A stretch of 64,000 nt of DNA from contig OY762825.2 of the NCBI GenBank assembly GCA_963666425.2, forward strand, positions 992,001-1,056,000, in the 5' to 3' direction. Within the stretch, counting starts at the first letter, position 1. Each line of letters starts with the position of its first letter. The notes beneath the pieces were generated by a model. That model was not told where the DNA came from. It saw only the letters and a list, made by a program, of their open reading frames with translations, and made no database searches. The position numbers and the translations under genes are program-made. This document shows, piece after piece, positions 39,355 to 48,883 of this stretch. This DNA comes from Bacillota bacterium (GTDB lineage Bacteria > Bacillota > JAAYKD01).

Positions 39355-41424
39355 ATGTCTTACGATGCACCTTATACTCTGCGTTTAACTGCTGCCGATG
39401 TTCCTGCGGCAAGACCTGCTTTTGCAGCGGACATTCGCCGGGCTCCCAAACGCACCGCTAAATTATCAGCCAGCGATATTCGACTTGCCTTACAAAATGC
39501 GCTGCGTTATGTTCCCAACGAATTTCATGAAGAACTGGCGGCTGAATTTTTGGAAGAATTACTGACCCGCGGCCGGATCTACGGTTACCGCTTCCGTCCG
39601 GAAGGACAAATCCGCGGCAAAGCGATTGATGAATACCCCGGCCAGTGTATTGAAGGCAAGGCATTTCAGGTAATGATCGATAACAACCTCGATTTTGCCA
39701 CTGCTCTCTACCCCTATGAACTGGTGACTTACGGTGAAACCGGACAAGTCTGCCAAAACTGGATGCAGTATCGGCTGATCAAGAAATATCTCGCCGAACT
39801 GACGCAAAACTCCACCTTAGTGATGGAATCCGGCCATCCGCTCGGCTTATTTAAATCGCATCTCCTGGCCCCCCGCGTGATCATTACCAATGGCTTGAGC
39901 GTTGGCATTGCCGACAACCTCGACGATTTTAACCGTTTGGCCGCCATCGGCGTTTCCAACTACGGTCAGATGACCGCCGGCGGCTGGATGTATATCGGAC
40001 CGCAAGGCATTGTGCACGGCACCTACAATACGGTACTGAACGCCTCTCGTAAAATCAAAGAAGGCGCCGACGATATGCGCGGTCTGCTCTTTGTCTCCTC
40101 CGGTTTGGGCGGCATGTCCGGTGCCCAGGGCAAAGCCGGCAAAATCGCCAAAGGGGTTGCCTTGGTGGCCGAAGTAGACGAAAGCCGCGTGCAGACCCGT
40201 TATGAGCAGGGCTGGGTCGATCATATCGCCTACTCGGCAGAAGAAGCCTTTACCCTGGCGAAACAATACCAGGAGCGCCAAGAAGCCACTGCCATCGCCT
40301 ATCTGGGTAATATCGTTGACCTCCTGGAATATGCTTTGCAGTTTGACTGTCACATCGACCTGCTCTCCGATCAAACCTCCTGTCATGCTGTCTACGACGG
40401 CGGTTACTGCCCGGCCGGCCTCTCTTTTGCCGAACGCACCCGCTTGCTCGAAGCAGACCGTCATTACTTCTGTCAGTTGGTCGATCTGGGACTGAAACGT
40501 CATTTTGAAGCCATTCGCCAGCTCGTGGTTAAAGGCACCTACTTCTTTGATTACGGCAATAGCTTTATGAAAGCCATTTTCGATGCCGGTGTAAGCGAAA
40601 TTGCCAAAAATGGCGAAAACACCCTGGATGGCTTCATCTGGCCTTCTTATGTGGAAGATATCCTTGGACCCATGCTCTTTGACTATGGCTATGGACCTTT
40701 TCGTTGGGTATGCTTAAGCGGCAAGCCGGAAGACCTGGATAAAACCGATGCCGCCGCCATGGAGGTCATCGATCCCAACCGCCGCTTCCAGGATAAAGAC
40801 AACTGGATCTGGATTCGCGATGCTAAAAAGAACAAGCTGGTGGTCGGTACCCAAGCCCGCATCCTCTATCAGGACGCCTGGGGTCGCACCAACATTGCCC
40901 TGCGCTTCAATCAGATGGTCCGCAACGGCGAAGTGGGTCCCATTATGATGGGACGCGACCATCACGATGTTTCCGGCACGGATTCTCCTTTCCGTGAAAC
41001 CTCAAACATCAAAGACGGTTCCAATTTAACCGCCGATATGGCCGTACAATGTTACGCCGGTAATGCCGCCAGGGGTATGTCTTTGGTTGCCCTGCATAAC
41101 GGCGGCGGCGTGGGTATCGGCAAAGCCATCAACGGTGGCTTCGGTATGGTGCTGGACGGTTCCGAACGCGTGGATACCATCTTAAAAATGGCCATGCCCT
41201 GGGATGTGATGAGCGGCGTCGCCCGCCGTGCCTGGGCACGCAACGAGAACGCGCTCTCCACTGCCGATGAATGGAATCATCAATACAGTGCCGAAGGCGA
41301 TTACCGCATCACCATGCCGTATCTGGCAGAGGATGCTGTACTGGACAGCACCTTACAAAAGCAAGCGGATGCGGTGGAACAGCTGCTGCAGCAAATTAAG
41401 AGTAGTTACGGTGAGCACAAATAA
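39355..41424 (+). CDS. hutU: Urocanate hydratase (long, eukaryote-like type)
   Basis: YPYELVTYGETG, GQMTAGGWMYIGPQGIVHGT, GLGGMSGAQ, SDQTSCH, GRDHHDVSG, HNGGGVG. Confidence 0.96.
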   Translation: MSYDAPYTLRLTAADVPAARPAFAADIRRAPKRTAKLSASDIRLALQNALRYVPNEFHEELAAEFLEELLTRGRIYGYRFRPEGQIRGKAIDEYPGQCIEGKAFQVMIDNNLDFATALYPYELVTYGETGQVCQNWMQYRLIKKYLAELTQNSTLVMESGHPLGLFKSHLLAPRVIITNGLSVGIADNLDDFNRLAAIGVSNYGQMTAGGWMYIGPQGIVHGTYNTVLNASRKIKEGADDMRGLLFVSSGLGGMSGAQGKAGKIAKGVALVAEVDESRVQTRYEQGWVDHIAYSAEEAFTLAKQYQERQEATAIAYLGNIVDLLEYALQFDCHIDLLSDQTSCHAVYDGGYCPAGLSFAERTRLLEADRHYFCQLVDLGLKRHFEAIRQLVVKGTYFFDYGNSFMKAIFDAGVSEIAKNGENTLDGFIWPSYVEDILGPMLFDYGYGPFRWVCLSGKPEDLDKTDAAAMEVIDPNRRFQDKDNWIWIRDAKKNKLVVGTQARILYQDAWGRTNIALRFNQMVRNGEVGPIMMGRDHHDVSGTDSPFRETSNIKDGSNLTADMAVQCYAGNAARGMSLVALHNGGGVGIGKAINGGFGMVLDGSERVDTILKMAMPWDVMSGVARRAWARNENALSTADEWNHQYSAEGDYRITMPYLAEDAVLDSTLQKQADAVEQLLQQIKSSYGEHK

Positions 41425-41549
41425 ACAGATTGCTCCAGCTGATTATAATAAATTCTAAATAAACCCAAACTGTAAAAAAAGAAAAAGCTCTCCTTCCGGA
41501 TTAGAATGTAGATAATAAAACTACGTTCTGCTTGGAAGGAGAGCTTTTT
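41313..41549 (+). repeat. Direct repeat copy 1: hutU 3' end plus compound hairpin terminator
   Basis: Aligns with 43673-43907 and partly with 46139-46183. Confidence 0.92.
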
Positions 41550-41737
41550 TGATACGATAAACCTGCTTGATTACTGTCATTGATCATGATCAGGAAAATA
41601 GATTGGGTTATTCAGTAACTTTAACAATTTTTTCGTGGTTAAGACTGAACTGATATTGACAACTCTAAACAGCATTGTCGAGCATTTTCTAAAAAAAAGC
41701 CTCGAATATTTACCGGTAATTTTTTTGGTCCTTTGAT

Positions 41738-43543
41738 TCAGCTCTCGTTTTGCGCTTCAATTTGCTCTTTAAGTTCATGTAAATAAAGCCAGCGTTCATT
41801 CAAAATCTCCAGGGCGGATTTTAGGGTTTCTAATTCTGAGCCCAATTCCAACAAACGAACATAGTCGCTCGAAGCCTGTTCCATTTTCTTGGAACAGGAA
41901 GCAATTTTCCCCTCTAGGACCGCTATGTCAGTATCAATCGATTCAAATTCTCGCAGTTCCTTGAAGGTGAATTTTAGCTTCTTTGGTTTTGGCAAATCGC
42001 CGTTTGACTCCGGGGTTTCTCGATTTTTCGATGCAGTTTCTTTTCTTTCTTTGTCCTGTTGCGGAAGAGGACGCTTTTCCAAATAGTCGCTAAAATTTCC
42101 GCTATAGGCTGTGATTTCGCCGCCTTCCACCACTTCAAAAATGGAACTGGACACTTTGTCAAGAAAATAGCGGTCGTGGGAAACGGCAAGGACCGCGCCC
42201 GGAAACGATTCTAAGTACTCTTCCAAAATGGTCAAGGTCTCAATGTCTAAATCGTTCGTGGGCTCATCTAACAATAAAATATTAGGTGCGGCCATGAGAA
42301 TGCTTAAAAGGAAAAGCCGGCGCCGTTCCCCGCCACTAAGTTTGCCAATTTCAGTATATTGCAGGTCAGCGGGAAACAAAAACTGATTTAGCATTTGTGC
42401 GGCGGTAAAGCTGCCCTCATCGGTCTGGATTTCGCCTGCGATTTCATGAATAAAGTCATACACTCTCATCGTGTCATCTAGTCCCCGAGATTCTTGGGTG
42501 AGATAACCTATTTTAATTGTAGAACCAATCTCCACGCTTCCCGTATCCGGCAGCACCCTGCCGGCAATAATATTTAGTAGCGTCGATTTTCCAACACCAT
42601 TTTTCCCCACAATACCGATGCGATCGTCGCGCAAGATGTTATAGGAAAAGTTGCTCAAAACACACAGATCTTCATATTTTTTAGAAACATCGACCAATTT
42701 GATCAGTTTTTTTCCAATTCGACTGGAAAGGGTCGCTATAGTAAGGCTGTCTGAATCTGAGGGACCTTCTTGCTCCTTGAGCGTCCTATATCGCTCGATG
42801 CGATCACGGCTTTTTGTGCTGCGTGCTCGGGGACCACGCATAATCCATTGTTGTTCCTTACGCAAAAGCGTTTGACGCTTGCGTTCGTTTGCATCTGCAA
42901 TGTCCTCGCGTTGTGCCTTGTATTCTAAATACTTTGAATAATTCGCTTCATAATGATAAAGCTTTGCATTTGATAACTCCGTAATACGGTTGGCAACACG
43001 TTCTAGAAAATAGCGATCATGAGTCACCATAATCAGCCCACCCGTAAATCGGCTGAGCCATTGTTCCAGCCAGAGAACCATGTCGTTATCCAAATGGTTG
43101 GTTGGTTCGTCGAGAATCAAGATGTCTGAGGGATGTGTAAGCACGGCAGCTAAGGCCACTCTTCTGCGTTGACCACCGGAAAGTGTTCCTATTAGAGCAT
43201 TTTGTTCCGTTATCTCGAGACGTGTCAACATGGCGATTACTTCATACTCATTAATCTTTCGAAATTGTGGAGGAAATTCCGAAAACACTTGTTCCAGCAC
43301 AGTCAACTCATCATTCATCACCGGGTTCTGGGGCAAAAAAGAGATTTGGACACCTCTTTGAATGGTAATAGTTCCTTCATCTGGCGTTTCCAAACCAGCT
43401 AGAATGCGAAGCAGCGTGCTTTTCCCCGAGGCGTTCAGGCCAATGATGCCGATTCGCTCTCTTTCGTTTAAATATAGAGACGTATCTTGTAGCAGCTGTT
43501 TCATGCCATAATTTTTAGATAAATGTTCAGCAGATAATAGCAT
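41738..43543 (-). CDS. ABC-F family ATP-binding protein (Uup/YfmR-like)
   Basis: Two NBDs (GLNASGKST, LSGGQRRR; GKNGVGKST, LSGGERRR), no TM, C-terminal coiled coil ending ERWLYL. Confidence 0.92.
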   Translation of the reverse strand: MLLSAEHLSKNYGMKQLLQDTSLYLNERERIGIIGLNASGKSTLLRILAGLETPDEGTITIQRGVQISFLPQNPVMNDELTVLEQVFSEFPPQFRKINEYEVIAMLTRLEITEQNALIGTLSGGQRRRVALAAVLTHPSDILILDEPTNHLDNDMVLWLEQWLSRFTGGLIMVTHDRYFLERVANRITELSNAKLYHYEANYSKYLEYKAQREDIADANERKRQTLLRKEQQWIMRGPRARSTKSRDRIERYRTLKEQEGPSDSDSLTIATLSSRIGKKLIKLVDVSKKYEDLCVLSNFSYNILRDDRIGIVGKNGVGKSTLLNIIAGRVLPDTGSVEIGSTIKIGYLTQESRGLDDTMRVYDFIHEIAGEIQTDEGSFTAAQMLNQFLFPADLQYTEIGKLSGGERRRLFLLSILMAAPNILLLDEPTNDLDIETLTILEEYLESFPGAVLAVSHDRYFLDKVSSSIFEVVEGGEITAYSGNFSDYLEKRPLPQQDKERKETASKNRETPESNGDLPKPKKLKFTFKELREFESIDTDIAVLEGKIASCSKKMEQASSDYVRLLELGSELETLKSALEILNERWLYLHELKEQIEAQNES

Positions 43544-43672
43544 TGTGTCTCCTTTAAAGGTTTCATTAAAACCACTATTTTTCCTTATTTTCTTGCTCCA
43601 GCAATTATATGAGCCTTCTATATTCTAACATACTATACTTCCATCGCAAAGCTCTGTCTGTAAGGATTTCAA

Positions 43673-43907
43673 CATGTCGTATCTGGCAGAGGATGCCGTA
43701 CTGGACGGCACCTTACAAAAGCAAGCGGAAGCTGTGGAACAACTGCTGCAGCAAATTAAGAGTAGTCACGGTGAGCACAAATAAACGGATTGCTTAATCG
43801 CTTTCAAGAATCCTAAATAAACCTCAAACTGTAAAAAGGAAAAGCTCTCCTTCTGATTAGTACGTAGCAGCGATATCACTACGTTCTGTTCAGAAGGAGA
43901 GCTTTTT
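43673..43907 (+). repeat. Direct repeat copy 2 of hutU 3' end plus hairpin (orphan tail reading MSYLAEDAVLDGTLQKQAEAVEQLLQQIKSSHGEHK*)
   Basis: 7 substitutions versus copy 1 over the 111-nt coding part; hairpin conserved. Confidence 0.92.
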
Positions 43908-43944
43908 CTCTACAAAACTCTGCAAGATCTACCCATCAATTGGT

Positions 43945-45852
43945 TTATGGTTTCTCAACAATCGTCAGCACCATATTTTCTCCTTTGATACCAACAAAAT
44001 ACATGCGCTGCGCGTAACTGCTGGTTGCTGCCAGCAATGAATTGTCGCCCAACATTGCTGTAGGGCCACCTTTCCAACCACCTATACCGTATTGCGGACT
44101 TTGCAGGACATCTTCAAAATCAATCAACCAAAATTCTTTTTCCCATTCATTACCCTGCAGATGATACCAAGCAAAAGCGAGTGGGAAGTTTAGTTGCGAG
44201 TTTAATGTATATTCACTCGACATTTTGGTTCGTGATGCGAAGAATTTTCCTTGAGACGAAAAGAATACATTGGCACCAACCGGCGCAAAGTGCAGATCGT
44301 CTATCTGAGTAGCTTGGTCCGATTCGATCAGTTGGCGGTGCGAGACCAGATTAGTTTCTGAAACAGTACTGCTAGATATTAGATAGTCAACCCATACCAT
44401 ACCCGGCGCTGCTTTCAACTGGATTACTTCATCGCAAATCTGCTGCCTGATTTGGTTTGTAACGAGGCTCAACTGTGCAAATCCTTCGGAAATAGGGCTA
44501 TTATCCCGCGTAACGACTTTTTTCACCCAGGTAAAAACCAATTGCTCGTTATCGATAAATTTCAATTCCTGCAAGATTATATTATCACTCGTATCTAACT
44601 GACTTGCCGGATAGGTTTTTTGATTTGCCAGTTCCCCGAGATTGCCTACCTGACAAATTTGAATGGCATTTTCCTCTTCGTCAATGTAAGCGCAGAGAGA
44701 CAAATCCGGTGTAAAATGCAGTTTTGACTGCCGCCACAAAGCAGGAATTGGTAGTTTCATCGAATAAAGCTCCGTTATTTTCTGATTTTCCACTGTGAAG
44801 AGAGTCAGTGTTTCCGGCACATAGGCGGATTGCCCTGGAGCATAAGCAAATGTGGTTTCATTCAGTCTTTCTAAAAAATACGCCGGATAGTCCTGCAGAC
44901 TTTGCGTGAACTTAATTTGATCGATCGTTTGTCCTGTTCGCCAATTGAGTAAGACTGCATTGATTTGTTTTTCTCTCTCATAAACTAACAGGACATGGTC
45001 ATTATCAATTTCATAGATATACTCCAAGCCGTTGGGTACCGTGATGGATGATTCTTCTGTCCATTGTTTGACCGTTGATAAGAATGGGAGTGCGATCGTA
45101 GTTTTTTTGGTAACGGCAGCTGTGTAACCTTTCGCTGCTAAATTCTTCAAAAAAGTTGATTGATAAGCAACATGAGCTTCGTATGTCCTTTGTACGTAGT
45201 AATCATTTTCGACCATCGGAGATAACACAACCCAATTGTCATTCAAGACAGAACAATTCGGATCATATTTCTCGGCGTTAACTGCATTGCCATCCGCATA
45301 ATAGCGAAAAGAAATAACATTTTGTATTTTCTCTTTTGGAACCACAGGCTCAGATCTTTTCTGGAGAAAAATTTCGCCGATGTCTTCATATAAGATTACA
45401 TAGGCAGTATTGCTGCCTTGGTCGGCGCCTGCTAAATACACCGGGTGATCAAGCAGAAAACGCTGGATGTCTACTTCTCCGTTCAGATTTTCAAAGCTGT
45501 TTTCCAGCGGTTGGCCGGTGATCGGATCTAGTCTGCTATAAAATGCATTACCTCTATAAATTGAGGAATATTGTTTCCAAAAACATGTATACCGATCTTC
45601 TTTTTTCTCCGCTTTGCCAGAAGGAACAATTACAATACCACCATGCTCAGAAATTTCCTGTGAATAAATTGCGGCATTCTCCAACAAAAGCTGTGCAAAT
45701 TGCGTATATTGTTCCTGGTTATCCAGTAGAATTTTCGCTCTGGCTTCCATGTTCAATGGATTTATTTTTAACCCGGAACAGGAAGATGAAAGTAGAACCA
45801 AGGCAATCAGAATCAATAACGAAACGGCTCGGTTTCTCTTATAGCTGATCAA
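43945..45852 (-). CDS. Hypothetical lipoprotein (possible beta-propeller C-terminal part)
   Basis: Signal peptide with lipobox-like SSSC; RBS AAGGGAGG; no catalytic motif recognised. Confidence 0.7.
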   Translation of the reverse strand: MISYKRNRAVSLLILIALVLLSSSCSGLKINPLNMEARAKILLDNQEQYTQFAQLLLENAAIYSQEISEHGGIVIVPSGKAEKKEDRYTCFWKQYSSIYRGNAFYSRLDPITGQPLENSFENLNGEVDIQRFLLDHPVYLAGADQGSNTAYVILYEDIGEIFLQKRSEPVVPKEKIQNVISFRYYADGNAVNAEKYDPNCSVLNDNWVVLSPMVENDYYVQRTYEAHVAYQSTFLKNLAAKGYTAAVTKKTTIALPFLSTVKQWTEESSITVPNGLEYIYEIDNDHVLLVYEREKQINAVLLNWRTGQTIDQIKFTQSLQDYPAYFLERLNETTFAYAPGQSAYVPETLTLFTVENQKITELYSMKLPIPALWRQSKLHFTPDLSLCAYIDEEENAIQICQVGNLGELANQKTYPASQLDTSDNIILQELKFIDNEQLVFTWVKKVVTRDNSPISEGFAQLSLVTNQIRQQICDEVIQLKAAPGMVWVDYLISSSTVSETNLVSHRQLIESDQATQIDDLHFAPVGANVFFSSQGKFFASRTKMSSEYTLNSQLNFPLAFAWYHLQGNEWEKEFWLIDFEDVLQSPQYGIGGWKGGPTAMLGDNSLLAATSSYAQRMYFVGIKGENMVLTIVEKP

Positions 45853-46010
45853 TCGAAACCCCTCCCTTTGGTGATAAATACAATGTCTGTCATCACTGAA
45901 ACCTTTCCTATAATTGAGAAGATGGGATAGCCGCGATAGAATTACGTTTTCCTTCCACTTGGCTTCTAAATTGTCTCATTCAATCTTTCTTTGGTAGCTT
46001 CTACTATATA

Positions 46011-46036
46011 GACGGGTTGAACGGAGAAAAATTTCC
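46011..46036 (-). promoter_or_regulatory. Putative ECF sigma promoter upstream of the lipoprotein gene
   Basis: GGAAAT-N16-CGTCTATATAG on the minus strand; same motif at 52326-52352 and 52483-52508. Confidence 0.55.
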
Positions 46037-46138
46037 GTACAAACTATAATCTACATAATGTTTCAAATTGCTTTATTAAAATATATGCGCTGGCTTTTCT
46101 GGATCATTAACCACTGGGTTGACAAGGACGGTAAACTA

Positions 46139-46183
46139 TGGAACAGCTGCTGCAGTCCAAGCAAACAATTACGGTGAGCACAA
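46139..46183 (+). repeat. Degenerate copy 3 of hutU 3' end
   Basis: TGGAACAGCTGCTGCAG (17/17) and TTACGGTGAGCACAA (15/15) identical to copy 1. Confidence 0.8.
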
Positions 46184-46190
46184 GCAGACA

Positions 46191-46241
46191 AAATAGAACA
46201 GCGACCGGCAGCCCTCAGCAAAACCGGTCACTGTTCTATTT
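46191..46241. terminator. Hairpin terminator downstream of the GlmL-like operon
   Basis: AAATAGAACAGCGACCGG / CCGGTCACTGTTCTATTT. Confidence 0.7.
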
Positions 46242-46268
46242 CTCACTGTCATGCTCAGAGTTTCATTA

Positions 46269-48011
46269 TCAAATCGAGATATTCTTGAGCCATTGTTCCT
46301 GATACGCATGCTGCGGCCAGTTTTCAGGGTTAAGCGGTCTGCCGCGCAAATCGAGAATCAGACCGCAAATTCCGCCCTGTACGCTGCAATGCAAACGAGT
46401 CAGCGGCCACTTGGCTCCGTTTTGCGGGAAGATTTGAAGCTGTGCAGTTTCTTCCTGCCCTAAAGGGATGGTCAGCAGTTCTCCCCAGTTGCCCTGCAAG
46501 CGGATCTGTCTGCCGCTATTGGTTTGGCCTATCACAGTCATGGCGGGGCTGCCATTTTTGGGCTGTCCGCTCGGGGCTAAAACCGTGCCTAAGGAAATCA
46601 GGCCTTCCCTCACCAGAAGATCCAAAGCACCTGGCAGGTCCACCTGCGAAAAGATGCCCAAATGAGGCAGCATAAAAACGGAGTCAACCAGCAGTTCCAC
46701 AATGCCTTCCGGTTGAAAGGCATCTATCAGCATGAGAGCCGCTTCCCCGCGGTTGGGAGCATTGCTGAGCACCCCACCGGAACCAATGATCACATCAAAA
46801 TTCCGTATGGTAATCTCTTTGACATGCTTGGTGCTCAGATTATCGAGCAAACCTTTGGGGATCTGTATCTTAGCCAGCGCCTGATGGTCTTGAAATGCCA
46901 GCCGCAAAGCCTCTCTGGCTACGGCTTGTTCTACCCGTAATTCTGCTGTCAGTGTTGGAATTGTTGTGGGATAGATTAATTTATTGCCGATTTGCTCCTG
47001 CAGCTCTTCCTCTGTGAGATTGATTTCTTTCGGCAGCCAACGCAGAATATTAGCAAATCCTGTGCTGGCGGCCACATGGCCGATACTGTAACTCATACCA
47101 TAATTGGCGCCAACGGATCGGACGTACGCTTGCTCAATCACCGAGAATACATCGGTTGTTGCGCCGCCGATATCCACACAGAGGATATTTTTCTGCCTTA
47201 ATTTCGCATACTCCAACAAAATGATCCCAACCGCCATGGGAGTAGGGATGATCGGTAAGGCGACTGCCTGATGCAGCTTGGCATAACCAGGCGCATGGGA
47301 CATCACATGCTCCACAAAGATTTCTTGAATGGCCTCTCTGGCAGGTGCCAGATTCTCCTGCCAAAAGGTCGGACGCAGATTATCGATCATTTTCAGCGCA
47401 AAAGAACTCCCCAGCAGATCATTTACCAATTCAGCCGCTTTCTCGCTGCCTGCATAGAGGATCGGCAGAGCGTACTGGTAACCAAATTTCGCTTTCGGCT
47501 GCGCCTCACGAATAAAATCACACATTTCAATCAGGAAGGACCCGGCTTCTGCGCCATCCACCCCTCCCGCGATCAAAATCATATCCGGGTGCAGGTTGCG
47601 CAAACATTCAATGCGTTCCAAGGCTGTGAGACCGTCGTCCGCTGCAAAAACCTGCAATAACACAGCACCCCCGCCCAAGGCGGCTCGCTCGGCACTTTCC
47701 GCTGAGATATGACTGACTTGACCGCAAACCACCATCTGCAGCCCGCCACCCGCGGAACTGGTGGATAGATAGGTAATTTCCGGCAACAATTCCTTGCCTG
47801 CCGCACAAAACAAAGATTGATTGCTGCGTTCCTCCAGCAAACGAATGGAACGGCTGACTCCAATCATCACATCCTCGTCAGGCGCTTCTACCGTAGTCGC
47901 CGTCTCGCCTCTGGCCAGTAAACGCCATGTATTGTCTTCTTTACCAAAAAGCAAGGCTTTGGTTGTCGTACTGCCTACATCGGTAACCAGGATTCGCTGC
48001 GGTATGCTCAT
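46269..48011 (-). CDS. GlmL/MutL (glutamate mutase L)-family actin-like ATPase
   Basis: VTDVGSTTTKA, STSSAGGGL, AERAALGGG, AGGVDG, PTP.AV, VDIGGATTDVFS, GSGGVLS.AP, ILDLRGRP. Confidence 0.85.
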   Translation of the reverse strand: MSIPQRILVTDVGSTTTKALLFGKEDNTWRLLARGETATTVEAPDEDVMIGVSRSIRLLEERSNQSLFCAAGKELLPEITYLSTSSAGGGLQMVVCGQVSHISAESAERAALGGGAVLLQVFAADDGLTALERIECLRNLHPDMILIAGGVDGAEAGSFLIEMCDFIREAQPKAKFGYQYALPILYAGSEKAAELVNDLLGSSFALKMIDNLRPTFWQENLAPAREAIQEIFVEHVMSHAPGYAKLHQAVALPIIPTPMAVGIILLEYAKLRQKNILCVDIGGATTDVFSVIEQAYVRSVGANYGMSYSIGHVAASTGFANILRWLPKEINLTEEELQEQIGNKLIYPTTIPTLTAELRVEQAVAREALRLAFQDHQALAKIQIPKGLLDNLSTKHVKEITIRNFDVIIGSGGVLSNAPNRGEAALMLIDAFQPEGIVELLVDSVFMLPHLGIFSQVDLPGALDLLVREGLISLGTVLAPSGQPKNGSPAMTVIGQTNSGRQIRLQGNWGELLTIPLGQEETAQLQIFPQNGAKWPLTRLHCSVQGGICGLILDLRGRPLNPENWPQHAYQEQWLKNISI

Positions 48012-48871
48012 AGCGGATCACCCTCTTTCACCATGACATCCGGTGCAAAATGACTTTGCCAAAAGCGGTCATGCACTCCGTAAAGGATCAGGTTGCCACG
48101 AAATTGATCCGAGTTTTGTTTACGCTGCGGCCAAAACCCGTTTTCCTGATCACCTTTGATCTTGATCACGCGGCGCCGATCCAACTCCTGCCAAAGCAAG
48201 GCAGCCGTTGTTTGAAACGCCGCGACAAGTTCTTGCTCACTGCGGTCCGGCTTGAGATAGTCGCGCAGAAAATCTTCCAGCTGCGTTTCCAATGCAGCGA
48301 CGGAAACAGTCCAAAAATCCCATTGTTCTGTCAGCTCGTCGAGTTGGATGATGGGGATTTTCTTCGTCTGTTTGGTACGCTCATCATAAAAACGGGGAAG
48401 CAGCGGCGTAACCGCCGCGAGGGTTTCGTAATCGCTATAACCCATCTTGATCAAGCTGGCCAGCGCAAGATCATAATGAATCATCTCACCGTTGGGTTCC
48501 ATGGAGCGGAATAAATTCTGCATCTGCGGCTGCAGCAGTGTCGTAATCCGCTCTCTCTCCTGTGATGTTTCTTTGGTCTGCAGATGTACCAATAAGACAT
48601 TTTTACCGTATGAAAAGCTGAGGCAAAGCCAAGGACTGTCACTGACTTTGGCTTCTTCCACATCTATAGAATAAAGCGCAGGAGCGATCGGGTGCCCGCA
48701 TTTTTGACACGCACTGATCCATGCCGGCCATAAGTTCATTTGAATGCCGGCAAAAGCGGTCAGAGCACAGAATACAGCTTCATTTTTTATTTGTTTCTCT
48801 TCTCGAAATCGGAGTAATTCGGGTTGCCACTGATCCGCTAACGAGAAAACCAATGCATCAAAATAACTCAA
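48008..48871 (-). CDS. Hypothetical protein within the GlmL-like operon
   Basis: 287-codon ORF overlapping the glmL-like start by 4 nt. Confidence 0.7.
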   Translation of the reverse strand: MSYFDALVFSLADQWQPELLRFREEKQIKNEAVFCALTAFAGIQMNLWPAWISACQKCGHPIAPALYSIDVEEAKVSDSPWLCLSFSYGKNVLLVHLQTKETSQERERITTLLQPQMQNLFRSMEPNGEMIHYDLALASLIKMGYSDYETLAAVTPLLPRFYDERTKQTKKIPIIQLDELTEQWDFWTVSVAALETQLEDFLRDYLKPDRSEQELVAAFQTTAALLWQELDRRRVIKIKGDQENGFWPQRKQNSDQFRGNLILYGVHDRFWQSHFAPDVMVKEGDPL

Positions 48872-48883
48872 ACTAAGATCACC

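Noticed and set aside
41738-43543. ABC-F as an antibiotic-resistance (ARE) gene
   Set aside because: Architecture and C-terminal coiled coil resemble housekeeping Uup/YfmR, and no attenuator leader was seen.
43609-43797. 62-aa ORF (and 41228-41458)
   Set aside because: Alternative-frame readings of the duplicated hutU tail.
41313-46183. hutU-tail repeats as a CRISPR array, classical integron attC sites or DGR template/variable repeats
   Set aside because: The repeats are about 235 bp and 2.4 kb apart, with no cas, intI or reverse transcriptase in the window. Differences are not adenine-specific and no clear attC core boxes were seen.
46269-48011. DNA mismatch-repair MutL
   Set aside because: The fold is actin-like (DxGSTTTK), not GHKL; only the Pfam name coincides.
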